A DNA stretch of 26,397 bases, taken from contig JAYODI010000080.1 of assembly GCA_038279365.1 (NCBI GenBank), positions 1-26,397 of the forward strand, read 5' to 3'. Position 1 is the first letter of the stretch, and every line of letters starts with the position of its first letter. Source of the stretch: Candidatus Latescibacterota bacterium (GTDB lineage: Bacteria; Latescibacterota; UBA2968). The translations under genes and the position numbers were made by a program. This document shows, one piece after another, positions 1 to 8,323 of this stretch. The notes below the pieces were generated by a model, which was not told the DNA's origin, ran no database searches, and saw nothing but the letters and a program-made list of their open reading frames with translations.

Positions 1-198
1 TTGTGCCGTTGGTGGGTGGTGCTGGGTGGGTGTGTAGCGTGTGGAACACGAGGTGGGGTGTGGGAACGGCACGGGCAGGTGAGGGTGGTTTGCCTTTATA
101 AAAACACTGAACCACATTCAAAGCCCCACGCAGTGGCACATTTTTTTGCCTACTTTCTTTGGTGTTCAAAGAAAGTAGGACGCCGTAGGCCAAACCTA
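1..198. repeat. Structured non-coding element (probable end of a dispersed MITE/REP-like repeat), probably truncated by the window edge
   Basis: Perfect 13-bp inverted repeat CCTACTTTCTTTG(149-161)/CAAAGAAAGTAGG(167-179), preceded by a T7 run and followed by the small hairpin TAGG-CCAAA-CCTA (186-198). Further stems: GTGCCGTT(3-10)/AACGGCAC(65-72), CGTGT/ACACG (38-50), GTGGTT(85-90)/AACCAC(110-115). Bases 1-60 have 32 G vs 6 C, opposite to the rest of the window. Confidence 0.5.
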
Positions 199-242
199 AA
201 ATGGAACCCAAAACGCCATCATCAAAATTTAAAAGGAATCCC

Positions 243-1784
243 ATGAAAAAACCCAATATCCTCTTCGCTTTCGCCGACGACTGGGGCCGCTACGCCAGCG
301 CATACGCCCAACACGAAGGTCCCAATTCTCTCAATCACCTCATCAATACGCCCAACTTCGACCGCATTGCCCGCGAAGGTGCGCTCTTCACCAACGCCTA
401 TGTGCCCGCCCCAAGTTGCACCCCCTGTCGCAGTTCCATTCTCTCAGGTCAATACTTTTGGCAAACCGGTTTGGGGGCCATTCTTCACGGTGCCCATTGG
501 GACGAAACCATTCCCACCTACCCACTCGAAATCGAAAAGTCAGGCTACCACATTGGCCACACCTACAAAGTATGGTCACCTGGCAAAACAGCCAACGCGC
601 CCTATGGCGCAAAACGCACCCAATACCAATCGGCAGGGAATCACTATGGGCGTTTTTCGTTTTACGCCACCGAACAAGCCGAAGAACACGGCATTGAAGG
701 TGCCAAGCAACTGCTCTATGATGAAACCCGTGACAACTTCAACAGCTTTCTCGATGCCCGTACAGGAGACACCCCATTCTGCTATTGGTGGGGCCCCACC
801 AACACCCACCGCAAATGGCAACGCGGTTCTGGCAAAAGCCTCTGGGGCCTCAACCCCGATGATCTCAAAGGCCGCCTGCCCGATTTCTTGCCCGACGTAC
901 ACGACATTCGCGAAGACGTTTGCGATTACCTCGGTGAGTGCCTCGCTTTTGACGCCGGTTTAGGCGTGCTCATCAAACGCCTCGAAGAAATTGGCGAACT
1001 CGACAACACCCTCATTGTGGTCAGTGGCGATCATGGCATCCCGGGTTTTCCACGTGGCAAATGCAATCTCTACGACATCGGCTGCGAGGTGGCCTTAGCC
1101 GCGCGCTGGCCCCAAAACATTCCACAAGGTCGCGTCATAAAAGACTTTGTCAACCTCATGGATTTGGCCCCCACCTTTCTCGATGTCGCCCAAGTAAACA
1201 TTCCCAACACCATGACCGCCAAAAGCCTCTTACCCGTTCTCCAAAGCGAACAAAGTGGCCAAGTTGACCCAAATCGCACCTTTGTTGTCACAGGCCGCGA
1301 ACGTCACGTTTCTTGGTCGCGTGAAGGCTATTTACCTTATCCCCAACGCGCCATTCGCACCGAAGAGTATCTCTACATTCACAACTTTGCACCCGACCGC
1401 TGGCCCATGGGCGATCCAAAAGGATTGGATGATCCAAACACCGAAGCCCCATCTGTTGAATCGCTCACCGAAGACACCTACGTGGCCTATCCCGACATGG
1501 ACGCCAGCCCCACCAAAGCGTGGATGATTCATCACCGATCAGAAGAAAATGTACAACGCGCATTTGACTTGGGTTTTGGCAAACGCCCACAAGAAGAACT
1601 CTACGATTTAAAAAACGATCCACACTATATGAACAACATCGCCAACGATTCACAGTATGCAGATGTCAAAAAAGAGCTCGCAGACAAACTCATGCACATT
1701 CTAAAAGAACAAAACGATCCACGCGTGGTGGAAACCCCCTGTCGATTTGAACACGCACCTTATGCAGGTCCGGTCCCTGAGTAA
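243..1784 (+). CDS. Cys-type formylglycine-dependent sulfatase (family S1, resembles the sulfamidase-like subgroup), no signal peptide
   Basis: N-terminal KPNILFAFADD, signature SCTPCRSSILSG (CxPxR), GDHG, GKCNLYD, DLAPTFL, ELYDL..DP. ATG 243 follows AAAGGA, so it is preferred over ORF start 201. Confidence 0.93.
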   Translation: MKKPNILFAFADDWGRYASAYAQHEGPNSLNHLINTPNFDRIAREGALFTNAYVPAPSCTPCRSSILSGQYFWQTGLGAILHGAHWDETIPTYPLEIEKSGYHIGHTYKVWSPGKTANAPYGAKRTQYQSAGNHYGRFSFYATEQAEEHGIEGAKQLLYDETRDNFNSFLDARTGDTPFCYWWGPTNTHRKWQRGSGKSLWGLNPDDLKGRLPDFLPDVHDIREDVCDYLGECLAFDAGLGVLIKRLEEIGELDNTLIVVSGDHGIPGFPRGKCNLYDIGCEVALAARWPQNIPQGRVIKDFVNLMDLAPTFLDVAQVNIPNTMTAKSLLPVLQSEQSGQVDPNRTFVVTGRERHVSWSREGYLPYPQRAIRTEEYLYIHNFAPDRWPMGDPKGLDDPNTEAPSVESLTEDTYVAYPDMDASPTKAWMIHHRSEENVQRAFDLGFGKRPQEELYDLKNDPHYMNNIANDSQYADVKKELADKLMHILKEQNDPRVVETPCRFEHAPYAGPVPE

Positions 1785-1845
1785 TCTCCTCAATGTTTAT
1801 CCATACAGGTTCATCTTGAAAGCGCAGGCTTGTCTGACTTCACTT

Positions 1846-1857
1846 TGACATTTGTCA
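1846..1857. promoter_or_regulatory. Palindrome TGACA-TT-TGTCA, candidate operator upstream of the SDR genes
   Basis: Perfect 5-2-5 dyad in the sulfatase-SDR intergenic region; overlaps TTGACA (1845-1850) and lies just before a -10-like TACACT (1861-1866). Confidence 0.3.
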
Positions 1858-1893
1858 TTCTACACTTCATTTTGCCTTCTCTTGAGGAATTCC

Positions 1894-2631
1894 ATGTCAG
1901 ACCTCCAAAACAAAGTGGCCCTCGTTACAGGCAGTGGGCGAGGCATTGGCAAAGCCATTGCCATCGCCTTTGCCAACGCTGGCGCACAACTTGTTCTCTC
2001 AGCCCGCAGTGCTGATCAACTTGAGCAAACCGCAAAAGATATTCAAGCTATCGGGCAACAAACCCTTGTGATACCAGCCGATGTCACAGACCCAAATCAA
2101 GTCAAAATGATGGCTCAAAAAGTGCGTGACACATTTGGTCGCCTCGACATCTTGGTCAACAACGCAGGTGGCAGCATCGAACGCAACCTCATTCTCGAAA
2201 GCGATCCCGATCTTTGGATCAAAGACATCACCGTCAACTGCACCAGTGTCTACCTCGTCACCCATGCCCTATTGCCCCTTATGATTGAGTCGGGTGGAGG
2301 CAAAATCATCAACGTAGGCTCAGGCATGGGACATCGTTCTGCGCCCAAATCATCGGCCTATCATGTGGGCAAAGCTGGGCAATGGATGTTCACCCAATGT
2401 CTATCTGAAGAAGTGTGGGAATATGGCATTGACGTCAACGAACTCATCCCTGGCCCCGTGGCAACCGATGCCACCCAAGGCCGCATGAAAGTTGGCGGAC
2501 CACCGCCCTTTGCACCCAGTGAACGCGTTAAAACACCCGAAGATGTAACACCCCTTGCCCTCTTTTTGGCCACACAACCCAAAGGCGGCCCCACAGGGCA
2601 ATCCTTTAGCCTCACCAGACGCCCCATTTAA
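1894..2631 (+). CDS. Short-chain dehydrogenase/reductase (classical SDR)
   Basis: TGSGRGIG, NNAG, catalytic YHVGK, PG motif. ATG 1894 follows GAGGA. Confidence 0.92.
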   Translation: MSDLQNKVALVTGSGRGIGKAIAIAFANAGAQLVLSARSADQLEQTAKDIQAIGQQTLVIPADVTDPNQVKMMAQKVRDTFGRLDILVNNAGGSIERNLILESDPDLWIKDITVNCTSVYLVTHALLPLMIESGGGKIINVGSGMGHRSAPKSSAYHVGKAGQWMFTQCLSEEVWEYGIDVNELIPGPVATDATQGRMKVGGPPPFAPSERVKTPEDVTPLALFLATQPKGGPTGQSFSLTRRPI

Positions 2632-2653
2632 CCCATTGTATAAAGGCAACACC

Positions 2654-3388
2654 ATGCGCTTACAAAACAAAGTCATTGTGGTCACAGGTGCCGCATCGGG
2701 CATCGGCCAGGCCGCAGCCATTTGTTGTGCCCAAGAAGGTGCACAAGTTGTGCTTGTTGACTTGGATCAAAAAGGCATTGAAACCACAGTAGACACCATT
2801 CAAAAATCGGGCAACACCGCACAAGGGTTTTCAGTGGATGTCAAAGATGAAGATCAAGTGCGCGCACTCTTTGACCAAATTGAAGATGCATTTGATCACA
2901 TAGATGGCCTCATTCACGCAGCAGGCATTTTGGAAGGAGCCTTAACGCCCGTAGACCAATTTGATGAACTCACTTGGGATCGGGTGATCGACATCAATCT
3001 CAAAGGCAGTTTTCTCACCACCAAATACGCTGTGCCTCTCATCGAAAAAACAGGGCAAGGTGTTATCGTCCTCATTGCATCTGCGGCAGGCGTAAAAGGG
3101 GGCAGTTCATCGGTGGCATATGGCTCCAGCAAAGGCGGTGTACACGGGCTCGCCATGGTCTTAGAATCGCAACTTGCCTCGCGCAATATTCGCGTACACG
3201 ACGTTTGTCCTGGCGGCATTGTCACACCACTCAAAATGCGTGTGGTCGCAAAACAAGCCGAAGCCCAAAACCGCTCGATAGACCAATTGGCCGTTGGCCT
3301 CGGCAACCCCGAAGGCATGGGAAAAGTATTGGCGTTTTTGGTCTCCGATGAAGCCGACTACATACGTGGCACCATCTTTACGCGTTAA
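2654..3388 (+). CDS. Short-chain dehydrogenase/reductase (classical SDR, probably NAD-preferring)
   Basis: TGAASGIG, Asp at the end of beta2 (LVDLD), HAAG, catalytic YGSSK, CPGG. ATG 2654 follows AAAGG. Confidence 0.92.
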   Translation: MRLQNKVIVVTGAASGIGQAAAICCAQEGAQVVLVDLDQKGIETTVDTIQKSGNTAQGFSVDVKDEDQVRALFDQIEDAFDHIDGLIHAAGILEGALTPVDQFDELTWDRVIDINLKGSFLTTKYAVPLIEKTGQGVIVLIASAAGVKGGSSSVAYGSSKGGVHGLAMVLESQLASRNIRVHDVCPGGIVTPLKMRVVAKQAEAQNRSIDQLAVGLGNPEGMGKVLAFLVSDEADYIRGTIFTR

Positions 3389-3409
3389 ACTCGTTAGGAG
3401 AGTTGCACC

Positions 3410-4273
3410 ATGCGCTTAGGCATTGTTGGTATGTTACCCGGTGATTTTCGCACCCACACACCCGAACACTTTGAAGCCATTTCCCAATTAGAATTCACAG
3501 GCGCAGGCTTTCACTTTCCCGGTCATTTAAGTGACGACATCACACCCGCCGATGTTCAGCAATGCATTTCGCGCTTTGAAAAACACAACATCGACCTGGT
3601 GCAATTTGCCATCACCTACCCCGAATGCCTCTTTCACCCAGACGCATCCATTCGACAAACAGTCATAGATAAAATAAAAAAAGGCACACAAATCGCTGCC
3701 GACTTGTCTGCCCACTATTGTCTGATCCGCCCAGGAAGCCTCAACCCTGCGGGAAGCTGGACTCCTCATAAAGACAACCACACGCCCGAAGCGTGGCATC
3801 TGCTTATTGAAACACTCCAACACATCATGCCAACACTCGAAAAACAGGGTGTCATCGCCATTATGGAAACCCATCAGGTCTCGATCTTACGAAACCCAGA
3901 AGCGTGCATCCAAATGGTCAAAGAAGTCAACTCACCCAACCTCAAATTGGTTATGGACTACGTCAATCACTTTGAAACGCTTCAGCAAGTGTATCACAGC
4001 CAAGAACGCCTCAATCACATCTTTGACACCATGGGTGCTGAAGCACCTGTTCTACACATCAAAGACATTGCCTTGGGCAAAGGATTGGTACTCCACATCA
4101 ACGAAGCCATACCCGGCACGGGCGAACTTGACCTTGTGCATTGCTTTCAAAAATTTGAAAACCAATTACCCAATGCATACGGTCTCATCGAACACTTACC
4201 CATCGAACACATTCCACAGGCCAATGCAAACACGCGACAAATCGCAACGCAAGCAGGTGTGCCCATCCAATAA
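3410..4273 (+). CDS. Sugar phosphate isomerase/epimerase, xylose-isomerase-like TIM barrel (AP_endonuc_2)
   Basis: Metal-ligand pattern MET, MDYVNH, HIKD, PGTGELD, IEH. AGGAG RBS upstream. Confidence 0.85.
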   Translation: MRLGIVGMLPGDFRTHTPEHFEAISQLEFTGAGFHFPGHLSDDITPADVQQCISRFEKHNIDLVQFAITYPECLFHPDASIRQTVIDKIKKGTQIAADLSAHYCLIRPGSLNPAGSWTPHKDNHTPEAWHLLIETLQHIMPTLEKQGVIAIMETHQVSILRNPEACIQMVKEVNSPNLKLVMDYVNHFETLQQVYHSQERLNHIFDTMGAEAPVLHIKDIALGKGLVLHINEAIPGTGELDLVHCFQKFENQLPNAYGLIEHLPIEHIPQANANTRQIATQAGVPIQ

Positions 4274-4339
4274 ACCACGCTTTTCATTGTATTACCCATC
4301 AAACAAAGCATTTGCAACCGCCAACCATACCACACAATA

Positions 4340-7108
4340 TCACCAAGCCACCTGCCCCATTAAAAACACATGAAACAAGGGTGATTGCAAAACATACCAA
4401 TGCAACTTACCCGACAACGCATCATTACGCGTTGAATCCACGGTCAATTGCGCCCGTTGATAATTGTCACTTCGATTGAGCACATTGTTGCAATTTAAAC
4501 GCAAAGACAACATGGTTTTCCCCACGGGTTTTTGATAAGACGCGTAAAAACCCAAATCTAAAAAATAAGGCAACTTGGCTTCTTTTGTGATGCCGTTGAC
4601 ATCCACATAGTCATTTGTAAACGTTGCATAATATTTATCCCACCAGTTGACCCGCATCCCCAAACCATAAACTTTCTGGCGATAATCCAATTTAACAAAC
4701 GCTGTTTGTTCAGGTGCAAAAGGGACAACCTTGCCCACAACATCAGCGGCAGGAGACCCAAAAACCTCTTGAACATCAGACGATTGCCATCGGTTTTTTG
4801 ACAGCGCAAATGCCCCAGACACCTGCCAAACATGCCAACGCGCATTCCCCGAAAACTCCACACCTTGAAACAACGCATTTCCTGCATTCTGCGTACTTTT
4901 GCGATCCAAATAATCCACAACCGATTCAATTTTATCGCGGTACATGGCCCGATAATATCCCAGGGCATAATTAAAAACGCCCCCTTCATATCGCATACCC
5001 AATTCCATATTTTGCACCCGTTCGGGCACCAAAGATTCACCATTCACAAGGTCTTTTTGAGGCCCCAAATCGGGGTCATACCAATCAGAAATAGCCGGTT
5101 CGGCCATCGAAATGGCATAATTGGCATATACATCCAGTGCCTCTCTTGCTGTAACCGTTAGCCCAACCCACGGCGAAGTCAGCCAATAATGACGTTTGTA
5201 ATCGGCATCCAAAAACTGCGCCTGCCCCAATGCATCTACCTGATCAGCGCTGGTGCGCAATACAAAACTGCGTTCCCGACTGATGGCATATTGGTGGCCC
5301 GCCAAAGATTCTTCAAACTCAAAAAAAGCAATGGGATTTTCTCGCACACTTTTTTCAACCGAAGCGATTTGTAACCCCGCATACAGCTTGGCTCTATCAG
5401 ATAAAGTGAGGCGAGACCGTGCAAACCCCGAAAGCCTTGCGACCTCCGTATCGTAATCAAACACATCCAACAGATCTTGTATCAATGTCGCCTGACCATT
5501 TCCCGTAATGTCAGCAACGCGTATCCGCTCAGCACTGGCCTTTCGATTCCCTTCCCAAAACTGCCCATTCCCCCCCACCAGCCAATGCCATCGCGGCTGT
5601 ATTTCGACATCCAACTGACTTGAAAAACCAACCTGACGATGAGAATGGTGAACCACATTTTGCCAGCTGTGGTCTTGTTGCTGCGTGAGCAAATGCGCAC
5701 CGGGTTCGAAAAATGGCAGGTTATTAAATGTGTGTGGGTCACCCGATGAAGCAGGTAACACGTATCCATCCATCAACACCCCAAAGTTTTCATACATATA
5801 TCGGGCATGGCGACCAAATGCAGGATAGTCTATCCGCAACAAGCCAACCGGCTGAAAACCCACTTGCCCAGTAGACACATCAAAAACACCATTAATCAAC
5901 CGACTCTCGTCGCGACTGCCCTGCCCCCAATAAACCGAATTGTGCATGGCATAACGCTCAGAAATGCGCCATTGGTCTTGCAATGACCAAACCGGCCTAA
6001 ATGCATGATCATATCGCCAAATATGATTCACCTGGTTGTATTCTCGCCCCAACGTCTTTAACAAATCCACATCTTGCAAAGCCTCTGCCTGATCATGGGT
6101 TTGTGGCGCACCCAAAAAGAAAGTCGAAAGGGTGTGGTTCTTAAACTGCCCCGTTGCCTGCAATGAAAAAGCCCACCCATCATACGCTGTTCCTTGCACA
6201 TAAGAATCACCCTGTTTGCGCTCAATGGTGATGTTTGCATGCACCCGATCTTTCCATATAGGCCCCGTGTCATGTTCAAATGTCAAAACCTGATGCCGTC
6301 TTGCCCGTTGCCCCACAAATTCACCCGTGCCATTGGCCACTTGGCCGTGTGTATGAAAAATACCCATCGACGTGCGAATACGCGTTTTTTGTGCCAATCC
6401 ACCCGATCGTGTTTCAAACTGAACAGCCCCACCAAACGCCCCACTGCTTTGGGTGGTAAACATAGGCCCACGAATCACCTGAATGGCATCTACACTCGAA
6501 GACAAACCCGACCAATCAGACCAATTCATGGCTCTGTTTTCAGGCTCGTTCATTGGAATGCCATTGATAAAAAAGTTGACTTGATCACCCGAAAACCCAC
6601 GCACATTCAAATTGGCCTCTCCCAATCCAGCCGAAGAACCCCATACACCAGGTACATCTTGAATCAGTTCTGGCAAATCGTGTGTGGTGTGTGTTTCTTC
6701 CAATGTTTTTGCATCTAATGTGGCATAAGAGGCAGGTGTTTCTTTATCCACAATCCAATCGCCAACATCACGTTCGGCCATGACAACTGCTTCTTTGGCC
6801 ATGAGCGTTAGTTTTTTCAACCCAATATTTACCGTATCTGTCTGCCCAGAAATAACTGTAACAGATTTCTGCAAAGTCTCATATCCCACATGGCTAAATT
6901 CTATGTCATATTGCCCTGCAGATAACGTGCGAATGTGATAATAACCACTCGAATCGGAAATCGCGCGCACTTTTTTTTCCACTCTAACATTCACATTAGA
7001 AATGGGGATACCCATCTGCACATCTGAAATCGTTCCAACAATGGCCCCATCTTGTGCCTCAATGAGCGTGGGAATCAAACATGCAAAAAGAACCATCCAT
7101 TTAACCAT
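4340..7108 (-). CDS. TonB-dependent outer membrane receptor with N-terminal carboxypeptidase-regulatory-like domain
   Basis: Signal peptide, GTISD...SHVGY N-domain, plug motifs DVPGV, NVRGF, INGIPMN, IQVIRGP, GAFGGAV, barrel motifs LVPE..N.ELG and NNVLN, C-terminal Trp. GGAG RBS. Confidence 0.92.
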   Translation of the reverse strand: MVKWMVLFACLIPTLIEAQDGAIVGTISDVQMGIPISNVNVRVEKKVRAISDSSGYYHIRTLSAGQYDIEFSHVGYETLQKSVTVISGQTDTVNIGLKKLTLMAKEAVVMAERDVGDWIVDKETPASYATLDAKTLEETHTTHDLPELIQDVPGVWGSSAGLGEANLNVRGFSGDQVNFFINGIPMNEPENRAMNWSDWSGLSSSVDAIQVIRGPMFTTQSSGAFGGAVQFETRSGGLAQKTRIRTSMGIFHTHGQVANGTGEFVGQRARRHQVLTFEHDTGPIWKDRVHANITIERKQGDSYVQGTAYDGWAFSLQATGQFKNHTLSTFFLGAPQTHDQAEALQDVDLLKTLGREYNQVNHIWRYDHAFRPVWSLQDQWRISERYAMHNSVYWGQGSRDESRLINGVFDVSTGQVGFQPVGLLRIDYPAFGRHARYMYENFGVLMDGYVLPASSGDPHTFNNLPFFEPGAHLLTQQQDHSWQNVVHHSHRQVGFSSQLDVEIQPRWHWLVGGNGQFWEGNRKASAERIRVADITGNGQATLIQDLLDVFDYDTEVARLSGFARSRLTLSDRAKLYAGLQIASVEKSVRENPIAFFEFEESLAGHQYAISRERSFVLRTSADQVDALGQAQFLDADYKRHYWLTSPWVGLTVTAREALDVYANYAISMAEPAISDWYDPDLGPQKDLVNGESLVPERVQNMELGMRYEGGVFNYALGYYRAMYRDKIESVVDYLDRKSTQNAGNALFQGVEFSGNARWHVWQVSGAFALSKNRWQSSDVQEVFGSPAADVVGKVVPFAPEQTAFVKLDYRQKVYGLGMRVNWWDKYYATFTNDYVDVNGITKEAKLPYFLDLGFYASYQKPVGKTMLSLRLNCNNVLNRSDNYQRAQLTVDSTRNDALSGKLHWYVLQSPLFHVFLMGQVAW

Positions 7109-7164
7109 CAGAACTCCATTTTTAAATATTCAAACATCAACCACACAATAGAAAATATCCCACC

Positions 7165-8103
7165 TTATTTCAGACGATAAGGAATCTCAATTTGTGCCGT
7201 ATGCCGATATAGCCCACCACCAATATCTTCACCCACTGTATATCGGGTTAAAAATGTGTCATCAATATAAGGTGGCGTAAGCACAAATTGAACCGTGACT
7301 GTTGCCCCCGAATCGGGAATATCAGATGAATATTGCAATGTATCAGCAAAAGATACCGTGCCCAAACCACGAACCACATTCACAACTTTTGTCCGACTTA
7401 AAAACGGCACATCGCGTTCAAGCGTATAAGTAATTTGCCCGTCATCGGCATCCAACAAAGAATAATTTAAAACGATATTCATAATTAAATCATTGCCCTT
7501 TGACACTTCACTATTAAACTGCGGTTCTGGTGGTGCAGCAAAACCAAGCTGAACAAAATAGGGCGGTGGTGTCATCACCTCATGATTGAGTTCAATCACA
7601 TCTTCTGCAAACTGCACAACAAAAAAACGAGCCGTTTCTGGGTTATCTAAGTCTGGGCGTATCGTCACATGAATGGCATATTGCCCAGCAATAAAATAAA
7701 GCGTTGGTTGACCACTTTGATCAATCGAAAGCCGAGGATTAAATTGATCCATCAAAGATGAATCCGTGCCGATCCGAATATCACTTTCACTTCCCAGTGC
7801 TTTGTCGTGCTGAATCATAACCTCAATGGGCGATCCATAATCAATAATATGTCCAGAGATAAATTGGTTGTCATAAGAAAAACGTTGGGCCTTGACAAAG
7901 TCTGGATAAAATCGCCCAGAAGGCACCCCAACAAGGCTATCCGTAACCACTTCATAAATTTTGGCTGCACGAAACTCGGCAGGCAACACCACAAGGGGAG
8001 TCTCAAGCACAGGTTCTTGTGGCAATGCATTTTGTGTCGGTCCATCACCACAAGCCATGATCATACACCCAAAAAACAACATCGCCATATAACGCACAGT
8101 CAT
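7165..8103 (-). CDS. Hypothetical lipoprotein
   Basis: About 312 aa. Hydrophobic N-terminus ending in a lipobox-like IMA-C followed by GDGPT. GAGGAAGGG upstream of ATG 8103. No family recognised. Confidence 0.7.
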   Translation of the reverse strand: MTVRYMAMLFFGCMIMACGDGPTQNALPQEPVLETPLVVLPAEFRAAKIYEVVTDSLVGVPSGRFYPDFVKAQRFSYDNQFISGHIIDYGSPIEVMIQHDKALGSESDIRIGTDSSLMDQFNPRLSIDQSGQPTLYFIAGQYAIHVTIRPDLDNPETARFFVVQFAEDVIELNHEVMTPPPYFVQLGFAAPPEPQFNSEVSKGNDLIMNIVLNYSLLDADDGQITYTLERDVPFLSRTKVVNVVRGLGTVSFADTLQYSSDIPDSGATVTVQFVLTPPYIDDTFLTRYTVGEDIGGGLYRHTAQIEIPYRLK

Positions 8104-8240
8104 CACATATCCCTTCCTCAAAATATTCTATGATATTTTATTGAATAGGCATATTTCTTAGACGAAAAACATAGGCAAAGAGTTTCTCATCATTCTTTGA
8201 AAATCTAAAAAAAACAATTTACACAAGAAGGTTTTTATCA

Positions 8241-8269
8241 TTGCAATCTCACATCATTGACATTATTCT
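8241..8269 (+). promoter_or_regulatory. Candidate sigma70-type promoter for the amidohydrolase
   Basis: TTGCAA(8241-8246)-17 nt-TATTCT(8264-8269) in the AT-rich divergent intergenic region. Confidence 0.5.
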
Positions 8270-8323
8270 ACAACACATACAAAATTGGCAATATCCATCC
8301 ACCCTTTACACAGGATTATAGAG

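Noticed and set aside
90..110. Skew switch as replication terminus/dif site
   Set aside because: Only about 95 nt of G-rich sequence is visible and no XerC/XerD dif-like 28-mer is seen; a local element or assembly edge is simpler.
1..246. 81-aa ORF at the window start
   Set aside because: Runs through the hairpin-rich element, has no recognisable motif and a biased composition; most likely non-coding.
8104..8323. Cobalamin or TPP riboswitch upstream of the lipoprotein-TBDR operon
   Set aside because: No B12-box or TPP core (CTGAGA...ACCTG) motif seen; the region is AT-rich with no strong stems.
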